DNA of 64,000 nucleotides. Origin: Candidatus Latescibacterota bacterium (GTDB lineage: Bacteria; Latescibacterota; UBA2968; GCA-2709665). Below the pieces are notes generated by a model. The model had not been told where the DNA came from. It was given only the letters and a program-made list of their open reading frames with translations, and did no database searches. The stretch spans positions 3,648,001-3,712,000 of the forward strand of contig OZ244744.1 of the NCBI GenBank assembly GCA_965219455.1. Direction: 5' to 3'. How positions within the stretch are numbered: the first letter of the stretch is position 1; each line of letters opens with the position of its first letter. The position numbers were made by a program, and so were the translations under genes. Of the stretch, positions 1-9,678 are shown piece after piece.

Positions 1-5
1 CGGGG

Positions 6-707
6 ATGTGCTTTGCGGCGTCCGGGGCGCCGTGGCCCAACCCCATCTACGGCACGCAATGGATCGAAAACGTCCAGTGGACGGACAATCCCGAAGTCTA
101 CGGCGCCTGGTGGGCGGGGCAACGCCGAATCGTGCAGATCCGATCGGGTATGACTCAGCTCAATCGGGCAAAGAATGTCGAGGGCTTCCAGCCGATGCAC
201 GGGCGGGTCGGGGCGTACGCGGACTCGGTGATGGCGCTTTTCGCAAACGGAAGACACGGCCCGCACCTGCGGCGGCAGGCAGCGGAGGCGATGAGCGGTT
301 GGCAGCAGTCGGCGGACGAGATCCTGCGGACGGCCCACGAACCGGATGCGGATGCGGATTGGTGTTGGAAGGCTCTCAATGTCACGCTCCTCCAGGCCAG
401 GCAATATCATTTTCAGTGGTCGCACGCCAGCGATCTTCGCTGGCGTCTGGAGGAGATGCGCCAGGAAGCGCACCACGCGCGGGACCCGTCCCGGCAGGCT
501 GAGATCAACCGCGAAGTGCACCGCCTGGTGCAGGCATTCAGCTGGGATTTCCCGCTCCACGTCGCCAATGCCACGGCTCTGGTCAGGCCCTACGTGAAGG
601 GGCTGAAATTCTGCGCCTACTGGTGGGCCAATCCCATGTACCTGAAGTGGATCAACATCGACGACGACAACGGACCGAAAACGGCGAGGCGTTCCGTCGG
701 CGACTGA
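6..707 (+). CDS. Hypothetical protein, probably the C-terminal part of a gene cut by the window edge
   Basis: Frame is open back to the window start; 233 aa of plausible composition; co-oriented with the ABC operon; no recognised motif. Confidence 0.6.
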   Translation: MCFAASGAPWPNPIYGTQWIENVQWTDNPEVYGAWWAGQRRIVQIRSGMTQLNRAKNVEGFQPMHGRVGAYADSVMALFANGRHGPHLRRQAAEAMSGWQQSADEILRTAHEPDADADWCWKALNVTLLQARQYHFQWSHASDLRWRLEEMRQEAHHARDPSRQAEINREVHRLVQAFSWDFPLHVANATALVRPYVKGLKFCAYWWANPMYLKWINIDDDNGPKTARRSVGD

Positions 708-823
708 GTACACTTCGTGGTCCGCCCGACGACGCGGACATTCAGCGGGATGCCCGCGCGTGGTTCGATCGGCATCTGACGGTACCGTCGTAATCGGACG
801 CAGTCCCGGGTCGGAGAGTCGCT

Positions 824-1798
824 ATGGTGATGTTCGTTTTTCGCCGCATCGGTCAAATCGTCGCGAGTCTGATTGCGATTCTCGTCATCACGTTCTATCT
901 GATGCACGCCGCGCCAGGCGATTTTTTCAATATCGAACGGCTGATGAACCAGCAGGTAACGGGCAGCCGGCTGAGTCAGTTCGAGGAGAAAAGCCAGACG
1001 CTCATGTTGTGGGAGGAGCGCTACGGGGAGAATACGCCCGTGTGGAAGCAAATTCTCATCTATCTGCGACACGCGGCCGCCCTGGACTTCGGACCGTCGT
1101 TCCGCTACCCGGATACCACCATCGAGGAGATGATGACACGGGCCTTCCCGCGGACGTTCGTCCTGGCCTTCTCCCCAATGCTCCTGGCCCTCCTGATCGG
1201 CATTCCCATGGGCATCGGGGCGGCGCTGTACCGAAATACGTGGATCGACCGCGCCACCATGTTCGTTTCCATGCTGGGCATCTGCATACCGTCCTACGTC
1301 ATCGCCCTGCTGGTGATCGTTTTCTTCGCCGTGACGCTTCAGTTGTTTCCAACGTCGGGATGGGGGACATGGGAGTACGCGGTGCTTCCTGTGTTGGCGA
1401 TGGTTTTTCAGCCCGTTGCGGGCATCGCCCGGTACGTCAGGGTGAGTCTGATCAAGGAAATGGGCGAAGACTACGTCCGTACTGTCTTCTCCAAAGGGGG
1501 CGACCGGAACAAGGCGGTGTTTCTCCATGCATTGCGGAACTCACTCATCCCCCTGCTGACCATTACCGGTCCGCAGTTCGCCAACCTGATGGTGAGCACC
1601 GCGTTTATCGAGGAGATTTTCAATATTCCAGGCCTGGGCAAGCTGTTCGTGGCCGCCGCGGGGACCCGGGACTACCCGATGATCATCACATCCACACTCT
1701 TTTTCGGATTTCTGATTATGCTGATGAATCTGCTGGTGGATATCGGGTATACGCTGATCGATCCCAGAATCCGGGCGGGTGTTCTGACCCGAAAATAG
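824..1798 (+). CDS. oppB: Oligopeptide/dipeptide ABC transporter permease (OppB/DppB type)
   Basis: RRIGQ...APGD N-terminus, LDFGPSF, EAA-like loop (EDYVRTVFSKGG), HALRNSLIP, IFNIPGLG, RDYP, YTLIDPRIR. Confidence 0.93.
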   Translation: MVMFVFRRIGQIVASLIAILVITFYLMHAAPGDFFNIERLMNQQVTGSRLSQFEEKSQTLMLWEERYGENTPVWKQILIYLRHAAALDFGPSFRYPDTTIEEMMTRAFPRTFVLAFSPMLLALLIGIPMGIGAALYRNTWIDRATMFVSMLGICIPSYVIALLVIVFFAVTLQLFPTSGWGTWEYAVLPVLAMVFQPVAGIARYVRVSLIKEMGEDYVRTVFSKGGDRNKAVFLHALRNSLIPLLTITGPQFANLMVSTAFIEEIFNIPGLGKLFVAAAGTRDYPMIITSTLFFGFLIMLMNLLVDIGYTLIDPRIRAGVLTRK

Positions 1799-1941
1799 GT
1801 TGCCTTAATTCGGACGACGAGTCGCCCGGTTCGCAAGGCGCCTGAGCGCAGACGACCTGCGCAAGGTCGGCGAGTGAAGGCAACGTAGCGAGACGGGATG
1901 AATCGGCGGATGAATGGTGAGATATTTTCGGGACAGGACAC
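1779..1941. mobile_element. MITE-like element, family A copy 1 (163 bp)
   Basis: Terminal inverted repeats GTGTTCTGACCCGAAAATA ... TATTTTCGGGACAGGACAC (17/19 match); both ends recur at 48315-48795; no transposase. Confidence 0.7.
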
Positions 1942-1970
1942 GAATTACCGTCAAAAAAGGGGATGACGTT

Positions 1971-2891
1971 GTGGAAAGGAGACAGGGCGTGGCTGCGCCG
2001 GATCCTGACCGGCCTGCGCAAATCGGAGCGGAAGCGCCGTCGCGCCAACCGGCGAGCATCTCGTATTGGGGCGCCGTCTGGCAACGATTCGCAGCGAATC
2101 GGCTTGCCCTGCTGAGCCTGGGATTCGTTATTCTGATGTTTCTGGTCGCGGTCCTGGCCGGGTACATCGCACCGTACGGGTATAACCAGATCGACCTGGA
2201 CAAAACGTACCAGCCCCCATCCTGGCGGCACATCGCGGGGACCGACGAGGTGGGGCGGGATATCTTCAGCCGCCTGATTTTCAGCCTTCAGACGGCGCTG
2301 GCTGTTGCATTCGGCGCTACGGTGATTTCATTGGCTATCGGAGGCCTGATCGGCGCCGTCGCGGGGTACGCGGGCGGCGCCGTCGACAATGCCCTGATGC
2401 GGTTTACGGACGTGATGTACGCGTTCCCCGGGTTTCTGTTCAGCATCATCCTGGTGTCGGTCCTCGGCAGGGGCATCTTTACGATTTTCATCGCCATCGC
2501 GGCCACCGGCTGGGTGGGGTTCGCCCGGCTGATGCGCGCGCAGGTGTTATCCATTAAAAACCTTGAATACGTGGAGTCGGCGCGGGCTCTCGGAGCAACC
2601 CATCCATACGTGATCCGGCGTTACGTTCTGCCGAATTCCTTCGGCCCGCTCATTGTCGCCATCGCGTTCATGGTTCCCGGGTTGATGATGACCGAGTCGG
2701 CGTTGAGCCTGCTGGGACTGGGCGTGATGCCCCCCAGGCCGAGCTGGGGCGTCCTGATCCAGGTGGGGAGCCTGAATTTCAGGGCGTTTCCCTACCAGCT
2801 GACATGGCCGGCCGCCACGTTTGCGGTTGCGCTGCTTTCCTTCACGTATCTGGGCGACGGTTTGAACGACGCGTTCAATCCAAAGGAATAA
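1971..2891 (+). CDS. oppC: Oligopeptide/dipeptide ABC transporter permease (OppC/DppC type)
   Basis: QPPSWRHIAGTDEVGRDIFSRL, EYVESARALGA, ESALSLLGLGV..P.PSWG, LGDGLNDAFNPK. GTG start at 1971 follows a purine-rich RBS; the ORF track start (1914) lies inside the MITE. Confidence 0.92.
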   Translation: MERRQGVAAPDPDRPAQIGAEAPSRQPASISYWGAVWQRFAANRLALLSLGFVILMFLVAVLAGYIAPYGYNQIDLDKTYQPPSWRHIAGTDEVGRDIFSRLIFSLQTALAVAFGATVISLAIGGLIGAVAGYAGGAVDNALMRFTDVMYAFPGFLFSIILVSVLGRGIFTIFIAIAATGWVGFARLMRAQVLSIKNLEYVESARALGATHPYVIRRYVLPNSFGPLIVAIAFMVPGLMMTESALSLLGLGVMPPRPSWGVLIQVGSLNFRAFPYQLTWPAATFAVALLSFTYLGDGLNDAFNPKE

Positions 2892-2918
2892 GCTTCTCAG
2901 ACTTTGCGAGGATCACCC

Positions 2919-3875
2919 TTGTCCATTCTCCTCGATATCCGGAATCTCACGACATATTTCTACCGCCGGGATGGTGTGGTGCGAGCGGTGGACGGGATCT
3001 CGTACGTGGTCCGGAAGCGGGAGAGCGTGGGAATTGTGGGGGAAAGCGGCTGCGGCAAGAGCGTGAGCATGCTGTCCGTTGTAAAACTCGTCGGGGGGCG
3101 TGGAAAGATCGAAGCCGGGCGGGTGTTCTTCGAGGGTCGGAACCTTTTGGAACTGGACGAAAAGGCACTTCAGGAAGTGCGGGGTAACGACATCGGGTTT
3201 ATTTTTCAGAACCCCCAGACTTCCCTCAACCCCACGATGCGCAGCGGCCCACAGATTGCGGAACCTATTCTGTGGCACGGCCGCGCCGACCGAAAGCGGG
3301 CCTTCGAGCGCGCGGTCTCGCTGCTGGAAGAGGTGGGTATTCCCGCGCCGTTGTCTCGTTACCGGAACTACCCTTTCGAACTGTCGGGGGGGATGAAGCA
3401 GCGGGTGATGATTGCGATGGCGTTGAGCTGCGAGCCGAAGCTGATGATCGCCGACGAGCCCACGACGGCGCTGGACGTTACGACTCAGGCGCAGATCATG
3501 GATCTGATGAACCGGATGAAGGCCGCGTACGGCATGTCCACCGTGCTGATCACCCACGATTTCGGTCTGGCCATGGAGTTCAGCGACCGCATCGTCGTGA
3601 TGTACGCGGGAAGAGTGGCCGAAATTGCGCCCACGCGCGTCTTCCTGAATGCCCCGCGGCACCCGTACTCCATCGGGTTACTGGAAAACGCAAAGATGGT
3701 CCGCGGGCGGCTGGATACCATCCCTGGGCAGCCCCCCGACATGACCCGTCCGCCGTCGGGATGCCGCTTCCACCCGCGCTGTCCCCGCGCGACGGACCTG
3801 TGCCGGGAAGAGGACCCCGAAATGACCCGGTTGTCGGACGATCACACCGTCTTCTGCTGGCACCTCGAAGCTTAA
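2919..3875 (+). CDS. oppD: Oligopeptide ABC transporter ATP-binding protein (OppD type)
   Basis: Walker A GESGCGKS, LSGGMKQRV signature, IADEPTTALD, ITHD, HPY, C-terminal GCRFHPRC. TTG start inferred (ORF open from 2904). Confidence 0.93.
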   Translation: MSILLDIRNLTTYFYRRDGVVRAVDGISYVVRKRESVGIVGESGCGKSVSMLSVVKLVGGRGKIEAGRVFFEGRNLLELDEKALQEVRGNDIGFIFQNPQTSLNPTMRSGPQIAEPILWHGRADRKRAFERAVSLLEEVGIPAPLSRYRNYPFELSGGMKQRVMIAMALSCEPKLMIADEPTTALDVTTQAQIMDLMNRMKAAYGMSTVLITHDFGLAMEFSDRIVVMYAGRVAEIAPTRVFLNAPRHPYSIGLLENAKMVRGRLDTIPGQPPDMTRPPSGCRFHPRCPRATDLCREEDPEMTRLSDDHTVFCWHLEA

Positions 3876-4046
3876 GAAGCGACTTGGAAAATAACATTAG
3901 AAACTACGAAACACGCGAAAAAAAAGAAAAATCCGTGGCTGAGATCAATTGCCACAAGAGGCGCAAAACCACAATGTTGCACGTCAGCCTGGCAATGCAA
4001 CGATTTTCATCTTTGTGGGTGCCCCGAAGGGGCATGACAACTGTTT

Positions 4047-6374
4047 TTAAAAGTCCTTCAGCAGCCCCGCCCGGTCCGCGTAGTCGAAAAATCGAAGCAG
4101 ATCGCGCCAGATGACGCTGATGGAATCGCCAGTGGCGCGGATGACCTCGTAACCGAATCTCGTCTTGTCGAAATGCCCGACGGCCGGGAAGTTGGATATC
4201 ATGTTCATTTCGATGTCCCGCAGGCCGGCGTGAACGTACTTCTCGTCGCCGGTGAGTTCCCATGCGTAGCCGATGCTTTCCCGGAGGGCGGAGAAACCAA
4301 TGTAACTCATCGGCGTCTCATTGCCGGGCATGGACAGATAGAGCCCTTCCGGCGTGCGAACGTCTTCGCTTGCCAGAAAGTCGCACAATTTCAGGAACGA
4401 GTCCCTGCTGAGGGAGTTCCCGAAGGTCTGAAAATGGTATGCCAGCCCGGTCGCGGCAATGCTGCCCATCACCGCCTGCTGGTACGGGATCGGGCCCCAT
4501 CCGCCGCTGCAGCCGCCGTTGGGTTCCAGCGGATCCGGTCCCTCTGAAAAAGAAGCCGCAATCCTCTCCGCGGCCTCTGCGTACCGCGTTTCCCCGGTGG
4601 CCCGATAAACGCTGCACAGCGCGATCAACGGCCAACCCCGGTCCCGCGCGCCCCGCCGTCCGTCGCCTCCCGCCACCTTCCGGCAGATCAGGTCCGCCAC
4701 GCCGCGCGCGGATTCCAGTGCCGGCGCGTATCCCGAATAATAGTAGTAAGAGAGAAAGCCCTCCGCCCACATATGGGAAAGGTGGCAGTTGGGCTTCCCG
4801 TCCGCACCAACGTGGTAGGCGCCGTGGGCGGTCCAACCTCCCCGTTCGTCGAAGTGATCGTCGAAGTGGATGACGTCCAGATCCATGACGTGGCGGATCG
4901 CAGCCTCAAAGGCGTCGAGATAGAGGTAACTGCCGGTGCGAACGAACTGGAGGTACACGGTCTGGCCGAAATCGTGCTCGCAGTTGGCCATAAAATCCAC
5001 GCGACCCCAGGATGCGCTCATCAGTTGCTCGTAGTCCCCGTAGTCCATCATCCCCAGTCGCCTGTCGTATCCCAGAAACTGCTCGAACTCCAGGCGGAAC
5101 TTCTGCTCGATACCCATGTATTTTCCGGGCTGATAGCGGAACACGGGCCCTAACCCGCCGGAGTTGATAAACCAGTCCGGAGAAGAGAAAACGATGGGAA
5201 ACTGATACCCAAAGTGCCAGTCCGGAAGCCGCGCCTCGGCCGCGCTGCCGGCGTACGCCCGCAGCTTGACCTGATGCGACTTGGCCTGTCCCTGGAAAAT
5301 CGCCAGCGGCCCCGCCGCCTCGGGCCAGAGGTCCAGGACGATACTGCCGGCGTCCGCGGAAAAGCCCTTGGGCCACTGCTGGACGAACTTGCGGACCGAC
5401 GCGGCGACCCCGCCTTCGCCGTTCCCCGCGGAGACCCATCCGTGCGACCGGCCGACCGGGGTCTCGCCGTCGTCTACCTCGGCGTCGATCATGGCGTCGT
5501 ACAGGGCCGTCCGGGGGGCTTCGGTCAGCAGGCCCCGAATCGGTTGCACCGAAGTGATCAGACCCCGGTTCCCCACCGTGGCGAAGGGACAGGTCGCATA
5601 CTCGTCAGCCCCGTTTATGGCGTGTGCGACAATCAAACGAACGGCCCGCAGTTGTTGCAGCCTGGGACTTTCCAGGTCCACGCTGGGCGTGCCAATGCCG
5701 TGGGCTCGTTTCAGCCGTTCCGGGACCTCCCGATAGGGCTCATCGTGGATAAATTGGTACTCCACCTCCAGGTCATCGGCGCCGGCAAATACCGTGACCC
5801 GAAAGACAAGCGAAAACAGCTTGCGCCCGGCTTCGTCCCGATGGACGCCGCGCCGGCTCACCACCAGCATTTTCCCGGTGAATCGCTCGATGCGGGCCTC
5901 TCCCTCGAGGCGGCTTGCATATGCTACGCCCGTCTCGTCCTCGATCTCGGCGCTGACCGACCGGATGCACTCCCGGTTTCCCCTGCCGCACCCGGCCAGG
6001 AACGCCTGCCCCGAACCGGGCAGGAGGAAGCGCAGGACGCCGTTGTCCACCTCCAATCCGGCAGCGGTCTTCGACGTCGTAATCCGGGGACCGGCGTCGG
6101 GTTCCGGCTTCTCCTCCGTCCAGTTCAGCGAATAGGTCTTCCTTCCGTTGTGGTCAAAGTCCGCCGGAAACTGAAGCAGCGCCCACTTTACCGACCCATC
6201 GGCCCAGCGGCCCAGTACTTCCGAAGCGAGAGGCAGGACCTGGCCGGTCTCGTCTTTCAGGGTCAGCCTCTCGGAATCCGTCAGAGATCCCTCCGGGAAC
6301 GGGAGTCCCCTGCACAGCCACTCTCCACGGCGCGGTACCCGGATTTCATTCGCCAGCGTGATATCTACGGCCAT
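4047..6374 (-). CDS. Exo-rhamnogalacturonan lyase (PL26/PcRGLX)/YetA-like protein
   Basis: N-terminal GLPFPEG...LGRWADGSVKWALL; C-terminal toroid motifs GMMDYGD, NCEHD, HVMDLD, SHMWAEG, RDRGWPL. Confidence 0.7.
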   Translation of the reverse strand: MAVDITLANEIRVPRRGEWLCRGLPFPEGSLTDSERLTLKDETGQVLPLASEVLGRWADGSVKWALLQFPADFDHNGRKTYSLNWTEEKPEPDAGPRITTSKTAAGLEVDNGVLRFLLPGSGQAFLAGCGRGNRECIRSVSAEIEDETGVAYASRLEGEARIERFTGKMLVVSRRGVHRDEAGRKLFSLVFRVTVFAGADDLEVEYQFIHDEPYREVPERLKRAHGIGTPSVDLESPRLQQLRAVRLIVAHAINGADEYATCPFATVGNRGLITSVQPIRGLLTEAPRTALYDAMIDAEVDDGETPVGRSHGWVSAGNGEGGVAASVRKFVQQWPKGFSADAGSIVLDLWPEAAGPLAIFQGQAKSHQVKLRAYAGSAAEARLPDWHFGYQFPIVFSSPDWFINSGGLGPVFRYQPGKYMGIEQKFRLEFEQFLGYDRRLGMMDYGDYEQLMSASWGRVDFMANCEHDFGQTVYLQFVRTGSYLYLDAFEAAIRHVMDLDVIHFDDHFDERGGWTAHGAYHVGADGKPNCHLSHMWAEGFLSYYYYSGYAPALESARGVADLICRKVAGGDGRRGARDRGWPLIALCSVYRATGETRYAEAAERIAASFSEGPDPLEPNGGCSGGWGPIPYQQAVMGSIAATGLAYHFQTFGNSLSRDSFLKLCDFLASEDVRTPEGLYLSMPGNETPMSYIGFSALRESIGYAWELTGDEKYVHAGLRDIEMNMISNFPAVGHFDKTRFGYEVIRATGDSISVIWRDLLRFFDYADRAGLLKDF

Positions 6375-6650
6375 AAGACGATCCTTTCATAGCAGGGAGG
6401 GAGCTCGTTCTGGTTTTTATCATACGCGCGGGAAGCGGGGCCGGCACAATGTCAACCATCTACTACTCCCGTCGATATCTGCCTTAAACAACGGCGGTTA
6501 ATACCACAACACACACTTCTTATTCCACCAGGGTACTCTATATTCTTCTACGTCAAAGGTGATTCGCTCGATGATTCAGAATAGAGCCATAACCTGCCGT
6601 GCTTTCCGATCCCTGGGCGATTTAATCCAGGGGTTTCATCATTTATCAGA

Positions 6651-8480
6651 TTAGTCTCCCGAACGCCATCGTCGCATTATTTCTTTAGTACTACGTGCTT
6701 CGTTACGTATTTCTTCACTCGTATCCACTTGAATTATAGAATCCAACAAAGCTGCCGCACCATCATGTTCTATGTATCCGAATGTCTCAATGGCTATTCT
6801 TCGAATGATACTGTCTCCTGTGCGAATCAAACCCATCAATCCTTGTGCAGCCCGTTCTCGAGTCTCCTGATTATCATATAAGGAAGAATAACGCATAAAC
6901 ATCAATTTGATCGTCTCTACTGCATGATAATGCCGTGAGGATGTATCTTGTTCTATAATCTGCATAACTTCTGGAAATACCTCAGGACCAAGACCAGTCA
7001 GTCCTTTTGTCGCCCATTCACTTAGGTCCAGATGCTGGATTAATATGGGCTTAAAATTCGGATTTAGTTGATGGGAGGCCATTCGCAGCATAAATGCCAG
7101 ACATTCTCCCTTTACTATTTCATCCCCTATCGTATCACTTGCCGCCGTTCTTTTCAATAATGTAAACAAGAAATCTTGCATTTCACTCGGCCAAGGTATT
7201 TCAGGTAAATTAAAGCTGGTGAGCTGATCAAGTATATCACAATATTCTGATCGAGGATCAATTTCATTTGACGCTCTTAAAAGTCTTTCTGTCCAATGTT
7301 GAAGCTGTTGTTCTGAAGGAAATGAAGTAATCTCGATCTGTGGGCGAGGAGTTTTTATATAGTGAAACTCATTGGAAGTTTCCATTTTAAAAATACGCAA
7401 AGTTTCTGGCCAATTGTCCCCATCAATATCTATTCTATTAAAATCAGGACGGTAAAACGTGATATGGTAGTTCGATCCATAGAACTCTTTATCAAGATTG
7501 AGTACATTATATTCTCGTGTTAATTTCTGATCTTTAAACCGAAAAGAAATACTCGTAGGCTCATAGCCATATTGCGACGGTACGCGCACTGCAATCCGTT
7601 GTTTATTGTCCAACAAAGGTATTCCCCAAATGCCTGGTATATTATCGGTATATGGAATACGAAATGTCATTTCATCTAAGAGCGTTAAAGTGTCTGGACC
7701 GGTGAAAGCATAAACCCCTAATATTGGTGTTCCTGGAAATGGTGAACCTTCCCAATATCCCGATCTTAATACAGCAAGTTCATCTCGTCCACTATCATCC
7801 AGATCTCCCACATATATGCGAAAATAGGCTGTAGGAAGAGTCAATTGGGCAATAGACTCAAGAGTCGTTCCATTCCAAGACAATACGCGAATACGAATGG
7901 GACCGATTCCGCCCAGATTATACCCTTGGTATAAATCACATAATATGATTTCATCGCTACCATCACCTTCGAAGTCTCCAATTCGTGAACACATTCCGCG
8001 AAAATCAGTATATTCGGTTCGTATCATTTTACCCTGTTGCCACCGAAATATCTCTACACCTGGTCCACTTCCCCATGCAGAAGACTTTTTAATACGAGAA
8101 TACACTATTTCTTCAATACCGTCACCTTCTAGATCCGCCGGAAAAAAGTAATTATCATTGCCACGGACAGGCGCTTCAGTTAATAATTGACGGGTTCTAA
8201 GATCATAAAAACGGAGTTCAGATCTTCCCCAATGCGATACTCGTATACATAAATCGTGATGCCCATCTCCATTTACATCTGCAAAAACCCAACCCGTTAT
8301 AGTATCACTTTCAGCAAGGTGTATTCCCGTAGGTACTGTAATATGGTCATTGTACAGTACTCCTTCTGAATTTGATATAGCCTTATCTGTCCACAAAAAC
8401 AATAAGCCGATTAACCAGTGAATATAATACAATTGGTCCCTCCGAAATTGAAGTATCCGGCCTGTGATCTCTGAGCGCAT
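6651..8480 (-). CDS. FG-GAP/VCBS-repeat protein with C-terminal HEAT-like helical region, in an AT-rich islet
   Basis: Repeats ADVNGDGHHDL, ADLEGDGIEEI, GDFEGDGSDEI, GDLDDSGRDEL, DIDGDNWPE; C-terminal IRRIAIETFG...IRNEARS; hydrophobic N-terminus. Confidence 0.75.
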   Translation of the reverse strand: MRSEITGRILQFRRDQLYYIHWLIGLLFLWTDKAISNSEGVLYNDHITVPTGIHLAESDTITGWVFADVNGDGHHDLCIRVSHWGRSELRFYDLRTRQLLTEAPVRGNDNYFFPADLEGDGIEEIVYSRIKKSSAWGSGPGVEIFRWQQGKMIRTEYTDFRGMCSRIGDFEGDGSDEIILCDLYQGYNLGGIGPIRIRVLSWNGTTLESIAQLTLPTAYFRIYVGDLDDSGRDELAVLRSGYWEGSPFPGTPILGVYAFTGPDTLTLLDEMTFRIPYTDNIPGIWGIPLLDNKQRIAVRVPSQYGYEPTSISFRFKDQKLTREYNVLNLDKEFYGSNYHITFYRPDFNRIDIDGDNWPETLRIFKMETSNEFHYIKTPRPQIEITSFPSEQQLQHWTERLLRASNEIDPRSEYCDILDQLTSFNLPEIPWPSEMQDFLFTLLKRTAASDTIGDEIVKGECLAFMLRMASHQLNPNFKPILIQHLDLSEWATKGLTGLGPEVFPEVMQIIEQDTSSRHYHAVETIKLMFMRYSSLYDNQETRERAAQGLMGLIRTGDSIIRRIAIETFGYIEHDGAAALLDSIIQVDTSEEIRNEARSTKEIMRRWRSGD

Positions 8481-8539
8481 GCCAGATGCATTACTCGCTA
8501 CTCCCTACCTTTCCCGAACTTTCCGCAATAAAAGGAAAG

Positions 8540-9197
8540 TCATTGAATCCCCGTAGATTCCGTAATACGGACCTCGTCTGAACCGTCCTGGTCAATTAGA
8601 TATCTGTCCGAGTCGCCGTCCCGACCTGCCGTGAAAGCTATCGCTCACGATTGGGTGAACATGCCGAATGTATCTCCCAACCGTTATTTTCGGCAAGTCG
8701 CGTCAAATCAGTACCATCAATATCTATTCGATATAGATTCCCGTTTCGCCCCAATCTTGCGCAAACAATCACCCAACGGAGTCCACGATATACTTGAATC
8801 CAAATCAATACTCAATTGGCGCATTCGACGCAATAGACTTGGATTAACCACTGCCTATATCTGTTCTCGTCGATTCGGCGCCAGGTACTTCATCCTCACC
8901 TGTAATGTAAGAGATTTTACCAATCGCTAGAGGCGACCGGCCGAGAAAGAACTCTGGAACCTAACTGTGTGTTCAACCACACAAGGCGCACCGAACGCGG
9001 CGGCAAATAGCCAGAAATCGAAAAAGCCAACATCCCCGTCACCGTCCAGATCCATTGCGGCATTTATACTCCCGAATGAGTCTACAAAGATCACAAAGTC
9101 TGAGAAATCGACATGACGGCTATTGTCGAAGTCGACCGATGCGATTGCCGGCTGAAAGGGGGACAATGCTCAAGAGTAGGGCAAGTAGGAAGCGCAT
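8540..9197 (-). pseudogene. Frameshifted gene: signal peptide, dockerin/EF-hand-like domain and TolB/PD40-like repeats
   Basis: AAGGAGG then ATG at 9197 gives MRFLLALLLSIVPLSA; a frameshift leads to DFDNSRHVDFSDF...DLDGDGDVGFFDF; later broken frames read IDIDGTDLTRL...SPN and IAFTAGRDGDSDRYLIDQDGSDEVRIT. Confidence 0.65.
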
Positions 9198-9678
9198 GGA
9201 TCCCTCCTTGGTTGAATATAGCATCAAAGAGGAAAACCCCAAGCTGAACTGCCCAGGGAGTCCATTCGCGTTAAGTTGTAGCGAGGCGTTGCCTCAGACC
9301 GCCAAAACGTGTTGTTGCATAACTGTCGTGGCGTGCATAAAATAGGCCCCCGTTGAGCGCTCTTAGCATGAAACTTGACTCAAATACTACAAAATTCGCC
9401 GCCCAAGCAGGCTAGGGAAGGGTTTAGCACGAGAGTGAACGCACCGATATAATAGGTCGAATAAAACGTAATCCCCCGGGCCGTTCGTGCCGTTCGCAAG
9501 CCCTGATTGTGCTTGCGCGCGGGGGTACCCGGGCCTACTTTTCGACGTCGTGCCGAGGATGCCGGGAACAAATCAGAACGCACGACGTTGCAGATCCAAT
9601 ATACGTTGCGCCCATTTGGGTTTCAACACCTTTTCAGGATCGTTGTCGTTGAACGAAGATGCATTCAAGGGTGCAGGT

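Noticed and set aside
3876-4046. A-rich short repeats and a small hairpin between oppD and the lyase-like gene
   Set aside because: Probably a decayed repeat element, but boundaries and a second copy could not be defined.
6420-9345. AT-rich islet as integron cassettes
   Set aside because: No convincing RYYYAAC...GTTRRRY paired structure flanks the genes.
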